Shown: positions 58,251 to 64,000 of the stretch, piece by piece
Position numbering within the stretch: the first letter of the stretch is position 1
How the letters are laid out: the number at the start of each line of letters is the position of its first letter
Assembly (NCBI GenBank): GCA_964469525.1
Contig: CAYXYU010000002.1
Location: 26,687 to 90,686 of the forward strand
DNA length: 64,000 bases
From: an uncultured Rickettsiales bacterium
GTDB taxonomy: Bacteria > Pseudomonadota > Alphaproteobacteria > Rickettsiales > SXRF01
Direction of reading: 5' to 3'
The notes under the pieces: model-generated
Told to the model about the DNA's origin: nothing
The model's database searches: none
What the model saw: the letters and a program-made list of their open reading frames with translations, nothing else
Made by a program: the position numbers and the translations under genes

Positions 58251-58990
58251 GCCTCTACTGCCATCAACATTTCCTCCGGCGCCCGCTGCTTCGGCGTATC
58301 CATGATCTCCAGGCGATAGCCAATGCCGGGCTCGGTGATGATGTAGCGCGGATGGGCCGGATCCTCTTCGATCTTCTCACGCAACTGGCTGATATAGACG
58401 CGCAGATACTGCATGTCTTCGGTATGGGCATCGCCCCACACTTTCTTGAGGATCTGGCGGTGGGTCAGCATCTTGCCGCGGTGCACCAGCAGATAGCGCA
58501 GCAGGTCGTATTCTTTGGGGGTGAACAAGGTCTTCCGACCGTTCAGGAACACTTCATGCCGCACCAGGTCCATGCGGATACAGCCGTTGGTCAACTCCGG
58601 CTCGCCGGTTTCCTGGGTTACTGCCTTGCGTAGGTTGACATGGATGCGCGCCAGAAGCATGTCGGCGCTGAACGGCTTGGTAACGTAATCGTCGGCTCCG
58701 GTCTGCAGCGCCTCGATGATTTCCTCTTCACGGTTGCGCACCGAGCAGACGATGATCGGAGTCTGCGTCCACTGGCGCACATTGGTGATGACTTCCTTGC
58801 CGTCAATGTCCGGCAGTCCCAGATCGAGCAATATCAGATCGGGTTTTACCGAGACCGAGAGCCGAACGCCCTCCCGACCATTATCGCATTCCACCATTTT
58901 ATAGCCCGCATTCTCCAGAGAAATGGCAAGCACTTTGCGTATGGGCAACTCATCCTCGATGACCAGGATGGTGTTCTTCTTCTCGAGCAT
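58247..58990 (-). CDS. OmpR-family response regulator (KdpE-like)
   Basis: REC (ILVIEDE...ILLDLGLPDIDG...TKPF) is followed by a winged-helix output (LTPKEYDLLRYLLVHRGKMLTHRQIL..VWG......YLRVYISQLREKIE). Confidence 0.85.
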   Translation of the reverse strand: MLEKKNTILVIEDELPIRKVLAISLENAGYKMVECDNGREGVRLSVSVKPDLILLDLGLPDIDGKEVITNVRQWTQTPIIVCSVRNREEEIIEALQTGADDYVTKPFSADMLLARIHVNLRKAVTQETGEPELTNGCIRMDLVRHEVFLNGRKTLFTPKEYDLLRYLLVHRGKMLTHRQILKKVWGDAHTEDMQYLRVYISQLREKIEEDPAHPRYIITEPGIGYRLEIMDTPKQRAPEEMLMAVEA

Positions 58991-59205
58991 TCAATCCCCT
59001 CTTTTGTGTGGTGATGGTAGTAACCCGTAAGGGAGCACTATCTGTGCAAGCATATAAAAAAACCATAATGAAAATCCATTAGGATTGATGAAGGGTTTAT
59101 TCCGGCTTTATGAATTTTTTTCGTATTCCATACGGATAGTTTGTGTAGACGAGTTTAGTGTGAAAGGGCGTACAAGACGCGATCTTTAAGAAAGTGAGGA
59201 ATCAT

Positions 59206-59463
59206 ATGTTACGGGAATGTAGAAAATTCATGGGCCTTTTGACCGGACTGGTCGTGCTTATGACGGTGGCGGCCTGCGGTCAGACGACCTCTGATCGCGC
59301 ATTATCCGGAGCCGGCCTCGGCGCCGGTGCCGGCGTGGTGGGTAGTGCCATCACCGGTGGTGATCCTCTGACCGGGGCCGTCATCGGCGGGGGTGTCGGC
59401 GCCGCGGCCGGCGCTCTGACCGATGAGGAGGATATCAACCTCGGAAAGCCGGTCTGGAGGTAA
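59206..59463 (+). CDS. Small glycine-zipper lipoprotein
   Basis: It has the lipobox MTVAACG and the Gly zipper GAGLGAGAGVVGSAITGG...GGGVGAAAGA. RBS GTGAGGA is 5 nt upstream of ATG 59206. Confidence 0.65.
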   Translation: MLRECRKFMGLLTGLVVLMTVAACGQTTSDRALSGAGLGAGAGVVGSAITGGDPLTGAVIGGGVGAAAGALTDEEDINLGKPVWR

Positions 59464-59469
59464 GCGCCA

Positions 59470-59700
59470 TTGTCCGCAAGCGGGATGCGTAAGGAAATCA
59501 TTCGTTCTGCCATGCTGCTGGTAAAATACGCCGTCAGCCACATCACCTTCTATCTAGCCTGTATGGCCCTAGTGGTGGGGCTGACGGTGCCACCGGCAAT
59601 TCCTGTGCCGTTCTTCTGGCTATTCGTAGCCGGTTCAAGCGCCTTCGGTGTTGCTTTTCTCATACCTAACGGCGGGCTGCCGTTTCCTTTTCCCCAGTAA
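59470..59700 (+). CDS. Hypothetical small membrane protein
   Basis: ORF with two hydrophobic segments, a weak start context (TTG 59470 / ATG 59485) and no motif. Confidence 0.3.
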   Translation: MSASGMRKEIIRSAMLLVKYAVSHITFYLACMALVVGLTVPPAIPVPFFWLFVAGSSAFGVAFLIPNGGLPFPFPQ

Positions 59701-59727
59701 GCACTTTTAACCTTGTGGAGTTTTTCT

Positions 59728-59910
59728 ATGTTAAGCTGGATTATCACCTTTTTCATTCTTGCCGTGATCGCCGCCCTGTTCGGATTCGGCGGGCTGGCGG
59801 GCACCTTTGCCAGCATTGCACAGTTTCTAACGGTTGTTTTTGTTATTCTTTTCATCGCCAGTCTGATTTACAGCCTGATCAGCGGCCGGCGGGCCAATCC
59901 ACCGTTGTAG
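59728..59910 (+). CDS. DUF1328 (UPF0391, YtjA-like) small membrane protein
   Basis: MLSWIITFFILAVIAALFGFGGLAGTFASIAQ... is the canonical DUF1328 N-terminus. Confidence 0.8.
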   Translation: MLSWIITFFILAVIAALFGFGGLAGTFASIAQFLTVVFVILFIASLIYSLISGRRANPPL

Positions 59911-59974
59911 GAGCCCGTGCATCAGGGCAAGAGAAAAGGGGCGTCACAACCCCTTTTTGCCTTAGAATCAGCGG

Positions 59975-60223
59975 CTACTCATTATCCGTATTACGCTTGA
60001 TGTCCTCGCCCATATCCTCCACCGCATCGCCCAGCCGCTCGCCGGGCGTGCGGCGCTCCAGCTGCTCGACAGCGCCCTCGGGATTCTCCGGCAACTGTTC
60101 TACCGCATCACCGATTCTTTCCCCCGTGGTGCGCTGATCGGGAGCGGTAAGCACGCCATACAGTATGATGGCGACCAGTACGACGACAACCAACGCAAAA
60201 ACGGTTTTATATTCAGTTCGCAT
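59975..60223 (-). CDS. Small membrane-anchored acidic protein
   Basis: RBS GAGGGAGAG. It has an N-terminal TM (VFALVVVVLVAIILYGVL) and two copies of GERIGDAVE/GERLGDAVE. Confidence 0.5.
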   Translation of the reverse strand: MRTEYKTVFALVVVVLVAIILYGVLTAPDQRTTGERIGDAVEQLPENPEGAVEQLERRTPGERLGDAVEDMGEDIKRNTDNE

Positions 60224-60239
60224 ACATCTCTCCCTCTGG

Positions 60240-60425
60240 TTACAGGCTCATTTCCTCACCGTCATCCAGCTGATCATCCCAGGCGCGGTCGCCCTTGGGC
60301 AATGCCGGTTCGCCGCTGGCGTGCATGTCCGGCAGGGATGCGCTGTCGATGTCTATCCTGTCGAATTCCTCATCCAGCAGGGGAAAACTGTCCGAAGGGA
60401 TAAAAGCAAGAGAAGAGAGATGCAT
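60240..60425 (-). CDS. Hypothetical acidic 61-aa protein
   Basis: RBS AAGGAG is 6 nt upstream. It is tightly packed within the operon. Confidence 0.45.
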   Translation of the reverse strand: MHLSSLAFIPSDSFPLLDEEFDRIDIDSASLPDMHASGEPALPKGDRAWDDQLDDGEEMSL

Positions 60426-60436
60426 AATTCAGCTCC

Positions 60437-60835
60437 TTAGTGCGGTTTGATGACGGTGCTTTCACCGATGATTTTATCAATACGCTCGACGGTGCCGAGC
60501 ATGTCTTCAATGCGGGAAATATGATCCATGCTATGCAGGGCAGCGGCCTCGTCATCCAGGCACTGTGCTTCTTCGACCGAGAGCCGGAGGCGGTCACGCA
60601 ACTCGCTCAGCCAGACAAGCCCGCTTGGTGAAATGGCACCGGTCTGGGTGGAAGCCCGCCGCTCCACCTCCAGCCAGTTGCCCAGCTGCCGCATCTCCCG
60701 ATATACCCCTGCATCTTGGAGAACCGCGCTGTGACGTACCAGCAGCCGCTGGATCTGCGCCACCAGCAGCGTTACCTCGTGTAACTGCTGCCGCTCGCGC
60801 GCCGTCCTGTCGATGCTTCCGGCGTCTTCGTACAT
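60437..60835 (-). CDS. Hypothetical helical protein
   Basis: ATG 60835 is preceded by GAGGAGGA. There is no recognisable motif. Confidence 0.5.
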   Translation of the reverse strand: MYEDAGSIDRTARERQQLHEVTLLVAQIQRLLVRHSAVLQDAGVYREMRQLGNWLEVERRASTQTGAISPSGLVWLSELRDRLRLSVEEAQCLDDEAAALHSMDHISRIEDMLGTVERIDKIIGESTVIKPH

Positions 60836-60932
60836 GTTGTCCTCCTCGTTATGCCTCTTAAGCAATCATACAGCGTATAAGGAATCAGTATGGAGCGGGA
60901 AATGGCCGGATAAATCGGAGATAAACCATTAA

Positions 60933-61283
60933 CTAACGAGCGTGCAGCCCGTCGAGAAAAGCTTCCACCACCTGTTTGACCGGGCCGTGTTCCGTTTTGA
61001 GCTTATGAACACAATGCCGCAGGGCAAGCAGTAAGCCGCCGATCAGGGTCAGGATCAGCAGCGCGACTAATAGCACCGCCGCTGACGATCCCACACCCTG
61101 ATTCAGCAGAAAAAGATAGATGAGATAGATACCGCCAATTGCCAGTGCCCCCAAAAGTACGGAAACGACGACCGCCAGCATGGCTGCCAGCGCCACGATG
61201 GAAACTAACTGTTGCGACCGCCATTTGCCGTACATTTCCCAGCCTACACCAGCCATAAACAGAAGTTTTTCCCCAGAACGCAT
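60933..61283 (-). CDS. Small integral membrane protein (YqjE/holin-like position after DUF883 gene)
   Basis: It has two to three TM helices and lies 13 nt downstream of the DUF883 gene, as in the E. coli yqjD-yqjE arrangement. Homology was not verified. Confidence 0.5.
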   Translation of the reverse strand: MRSGEKLLFMAGVGWEMYGKWRSQQLVSIVALAAMLAVVVSVLLGALAIGGIYLIYLFLLNQGVGSSAAVLLVALLILTLIGGLLLALRHCVHKLKTEHGPVKQVVEAFLDGLHAR

Positions 61284-61296
61284 GGATAACCCACTC

Positions 61297-61551
61297 TTAA
61301 CGGCGCAGTAAGGCTCCCAGCAGTACGCCGACGCCGAGGGCGATCACGCTGGACTGCACGGGATGGTTGCGGATCTGGGTGGTGACGGTATCCTTCGCAT
61401 GAACGAACTGGTCGCTTGCGTTGTTTACTACATGCCGCACTTTGCGGCCGGCACGGTTAGCTGCTTCCGTCAAATCATGCTTGGTTTCCTGCAGCGCGTC
61501 ATTCGCGGCCGTACGTAAATTCTGTCCTTTATCCTCTCTAGCGGTATACAT
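61297..61551 (-). CDS. DUF883 (ElaB/YqjD/YgaM) membrane-anchored stress protein
   Basis: It has a helical N-terminal part and the C-terminal anchor P.QSSVIALGVGVLLGALLRR, characteristic of DUF883. Confidence 0.75.
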   Translation of the reverse strand: MYTAREDKGQNLRTAANDALQETKHDLTEAANRAGRKVRHVVNNASDQFVHAKDTVTTQIRNHPVQSSVIALGVGVLLGALLRR

Positions 61552-61789
61552 CGTAAATTCTCCTTACAGTTCGGGTTAATAAATCCGGCTATGACCGGCT
61601 TGCTGTTCTTCCACCACCTTGGCAAGGGCAGCATGAAAAAACGATAGGCCAATCCGCGAGGAATCATAAAGATTTTATAAGATTATCCTTTTGATACGGC
61701 CTTTATGAACGCGCCGAAACCCTCCTATCGCATTCTTATGTCCAGAATCGTACTCTGACCTTGGCTTTTCAGATTTTCAGGAGGTCACT

Positions 61790-62197
61790 ATGACTATACA
61801 TACACGCTGCATTTCCATGGCGGCGGTCATGGCTCTAGCCGTGGCCATTCCCTTAAGCGATACCTATGCTCTCTATTCGTCGCAACAGGGAAACATCGCC
61901 TATATCACCGGTGGCATCGGCGACGAGGAGCGGGATGCCATGCAGGCGGTAAAAAATCAATATAACCTGTCGGTCATGAGCGCGCAGAATTCCGGTGCCT
62001 TCGTTGGTTATACCGAAGTCAGAATCACGGATCAGCAGGGCAGGGAGTTGGTCGATACGGAGGCGGGGCCATTATTTTATGCGCAATTACCGCCGGGACG
62101 TTATATCGTCGAAGGCAGCAGCCGCGGTCAGACACGCAAGCAGACCATCAGCGTGACGCAAGGCAAGCCTGCCCATGTGCATTTCAGCTGGAAATAA
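61790..62197 (+). CDS. Exported hypothetical protein (beta-sandwich-like C-terminus)
   Basis: RBS AGGAGG and the signal peptide MAAVMALAVAIPLSDTYA. There is no firm family call. Confidence 0.5.
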   Translation: MTIHTRCISMAAVMALAVAIPLSDTYALYSSQQGNIAYITGGIGDEERDAMQAVKNQYNLSVMSAQNSGAFVGYTEVRITDQQGRELVDTEAGPLFYAQLPPGRYIVEGSSRGQTRKQTISVTQGKPAHVHFSWK

Positions 62198-62213
62198 TAT
62201 AATATGGGGACAC

Positions 62214-62247
62214 AAAAAAACGCCTGGGAAATCCCAGGCGTTTTTTT
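62214..62247. terminator. Bidirectional Rho-independent terminator
   Basis: The layout is A7, cgcctggga-aa-tcccaggcg, T7. It lies between convergent genes. Confidence 0.8.
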
Positions 62248-62263
62248 GGTTTGAAAGGCCGGG

Positions 62264-62488
62264 TCAGGCTACTTTCGATGGATTACGGTAGCTGCGTTCG
62301 AACTCCCGAATCTGCTCTTCGGCTTCTTCCTTGCTTTTGCCGTAGACTTCCTGGATCTTCCCGGCGAATTCCTGGGTTTTGCCTTCCGCCAGCAGGCCGA
62401 AATCATCGTCGCCGATCTTAGCCCATTTCTGCTTGGCCTGACCCTTAATCTGCTCCCAGTTGCCTTGAATCGTATCCTTGTTCATCAT
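62264..62488 (-). CDS. CsbD family stress protein
   Basis: MMNKDTIQGNWEQIKGQAKQKWAKIGDDDFGLLAEGKTQEFAGKIQEVYG is the canonical CsbD sequence. RBS AGGAGA. The longer track ORF (to 63016) is an upstream extension without support. Confidence 0.85.
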   Translation of the reverse strand: MMNKDTIQGNWEQIKGQAKQKWAKIGDDDFGLLAEGKTQEFAGKIQEVYGKSKEEAEEQIREFERSYRNPSKVA

Positions 62489-62711
62489 AAATCTCCTTTG
62501 GTGATAATGGTTCGGAACATTCCCGTTCCTCTTAAAATTTTGCAGATACCCCATAAGTATACGATATCCGGTCGCCTGGCGTTTCGTAAAAATACTATAA
62601 AGCGGGTCTGCGATTTTTATCTGCTTCTTATATTCTGCCCGTCCCTTCCAATGGCATTCTGAACGCAGCGGTTTTAAAATTTTTCTAATATAACCGTAAT
62701 AGGGAGCTGTT

Positions 62712-63341
62712 ATGAAACATCCTATGTTGAGCATAAGCTGTCTTGCTGCCATAATGCTATCCAGCGCCGCGCTGGCGACAGTGAAGAGCGTCAAGGACAT
62801 GGAAGACGGCAGCCAGGTGAACCTCACCGGTACAGTCGACAGCGTGCAGAATGAGCGGGAGTTCAAGCTTCGCGACGCAACCGGTGTTATCCGCGTGGAC
62901 ATTGAATCCAACCAGTCGGTGGTGCTGAAGCAAGGGGATAATGTAACTGTCATCGGCCGGCTGGATAAAGGGCCGTTGGTTTCGGACATCAATGCCCGCG
63001 CCATCAAAGTGAACAAGCCCGTCGCGCAGGCGGTCAGCGACGCTATCGAGGGTCAGACCACCTTATCCCTTGAAGGCGCCACCACCTACAATATCAGCCA
63101 GCTTCCCGAGGAAGGCCTGGTCAAGGTCAACGGCACGGTGACCAATGTCGCTAATGAGAAGAAATTCACCGTCAAGGACGTAACCGGTTCCATCAAAGTG
63201 GATGTCGAATCTGCCGAAACTGCAGCCTTGACCGAAGGTGCGGAAGTGACGGTGATCGGCTATGTGGATAGCGGACTGTTCGGCAAGGCTTTAAAAGCCC
63301 GCAAGGTGCTGGTGGTGGCCAGCGCTGCTCCCGCGGAGTAA
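62712..63341 (+). CDS. Exported protein with two YgiW/BOF-type OB-fold repeats (paralogue-like of 29708-30388)
   Basis: It has a signal peptide and two copies of L.GTV..V.NE..F...D.TG.I.VD.ES......G..VTVIG..D. Confidence 0.65.
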   Translation: MKHPMLSISCLAAIMLSSAALATVKSVKDMEDGSQVNLTGTVDSVQNEREFKLRDATGVIRVDIESNQSVVLKQGDNVTVIGRLDKGPLVSDINARAIKVNKPVAQAVSDAIEGQTTLSLEGATTYNISQLPEEGLVKVNGTVTNVANEKKFTVKDVTGSIKVDVESAETAALTEGAEVTVIGYVDSGLFGKALKARKVLVVASAAPAE

Positions 63342-63387
63342 AGTTTTTGCGCTCTTTTTTTTACGCCGCCTGGGCTACAATGCATTC

Positions 63388-64000
63388 ATGCACACTGATT
63401 CGGAATCTTTACCCGAAAGTTCCACTTATTCCTGGCGGTTCTTTTACCGCCCGCAGGATACATGGGAAGCCATGTACCGCGACTGCCAGGGGGCCGGGAA
63501 GTCCATTGAGTTCGAACAATATATATTGGAGGACGATGCGGTAGGGCAGCGTTTCCTCAAACTGTTCATCGACAAGGCGAAGGCGGGGGTGAAGGTATTC
63601 CTGATCTGCGATACGTTCGGCAGTTGGCTGCTGTCCCGCTCGCCGCTCGTGCGCCAACTGCGCCGGCACGGCGGCTATGTGCATTTTTACAATTTCCGCA
63701 AGGATGCCTGGGCCTTGATGCCATGGCGCTGGTTCCCGCGCACCCATACCAAGACCCTGCTGATCGACTCCGCCATCGCCTATACGGGCGGCGTGTGCCT
63801 GGACGAGCGGATGCACCACTGGCGCGATACGCATGTACGGGTGACGGGGCCGGTCATCGCCCAGATACGCCGGGCATTCGACGAGATCGAGCACCGGATC
63901 CTGCGGAAAAAATGGAAGCATGCCTCCTTTCTACCGAAGGACAGGCGGTTCCTCTATTTCCAGAACCTGTCCAGACGCCGCCGGGACGTGTACAGGGAAA
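63388..64000 (+). CDS. Phospholipase D / cardiolipin synthase family protein (3' end outside window)
   Basis: It is absent from the ORF track because it has no stop in the window. The frame from ATG 63388 reads MHTDSESLPESSTYSWRFFYRPQDTWEAMYRDC... and contains an HKD motif (RTHTKTLLIDSAIAYTGG). Confidence 0.7.
   Translation, partial: MHTDSESLPESSTYSWRFFYRPQDTWEAMYRDCQGAGKSIEFEQYILEDDAVGQRFLKLFIDKAKAGVKVFLICDTFGSWLLSRSPLVRQLRRHGGYVHFYNFRKDAWALMPWRWFPRTHTKTLLIDSAIAYTGGVCLDERMHHWRDTHVRVTGPVIAQIRRAFDEIEHRILRKKWKHASFLPKDRRFLYFQNLSRRRRDVYRE

Noticed and set aside
60933-61283. A holin-like small membrane protein as a hint of a prophage.
   Set aside because: There are no phage structural, integrase or lysis partner genes nearby. 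The context (downstream of DUF883) matches the chromosomal yqjD-yqjE stress operon pattern.
62489-63016. Upstream extension of the CsbD ORF to a 250-aa protein.
   Set aside because: The extension is antisense to the well-supported BOF gene (62712-63341). It has no motif, and the CsbD domain begins at an internal MM with a perfect AGGAGA RBS.

Overview
64-kb proteobacterial chromosomal segment, roughly 60 % GC by eye. I found no rRNA, tRNA, CRISPR array, transposase or integrase. All family names come from reading the translations and recalling the families; no search was run. (1) nt ~700-29,540 is an all-in-one alginate-type exopolysaccharide locus. It encodes precursor supply (pgi, algC-like, algA-like, algD-like), the polymerase pair alg8/alg44 (PilZ), and an AlgK-like lipoprotein with an outer-membrane barrel. 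It also has an AlgG-type periplasmic epimerase with a long N-terminal extension, a PL5 AlgL lyase and two extra Sel1-repeat proteins. An Azotobacter AlgE-type secreted Ca-dependent epimerase, an RTX-tagged PL7 alginate lyase and a three-gene type I secretion system complete it. No algX or algI/J/F is present in the window. (2) nt 29.7-41.3 kb is mixed: tandem BOF protein, YihY, class I PhaC, tandem USP, Cache hybrid kinase, an AT-shifted 600+ aa FAD oxidoreductase, FMN reductase and AsmA. (3) nt 41.4-50.3 kb is a tightly coupled signalling module. It has a solo LuxR HTH, a 1940-aa soluble kinase with nine exact 276-bp (92-aa) poly-HAMP repeats, a REC-HK-REC protein, a 127-aa protein and two small 3-TM proteins. 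(4) nt 50.3-64 kb is dense in small stress/envelope genes (ChaB, two Cys-rich four-helix-bundle proteins, GYD, host-attachment protein, glycine-zipper lipoproteins, DUF883, DUF1328, CsbD, a second tandem BOF). It also carries a FadB'-type enzyme, Cfa, an OmpR-family regulator and a partial PLD/cardiolipin synthase. Main second-look items: the locus architecture; the Alg44 PilZ RxxxR motif lying upstream of any canonical start codon; the AlgG extension; a mosaic 540-bp tandem duplication in the lyase; the poly-HAMP module; and a ~95-bp nested-palindrome repeat family.
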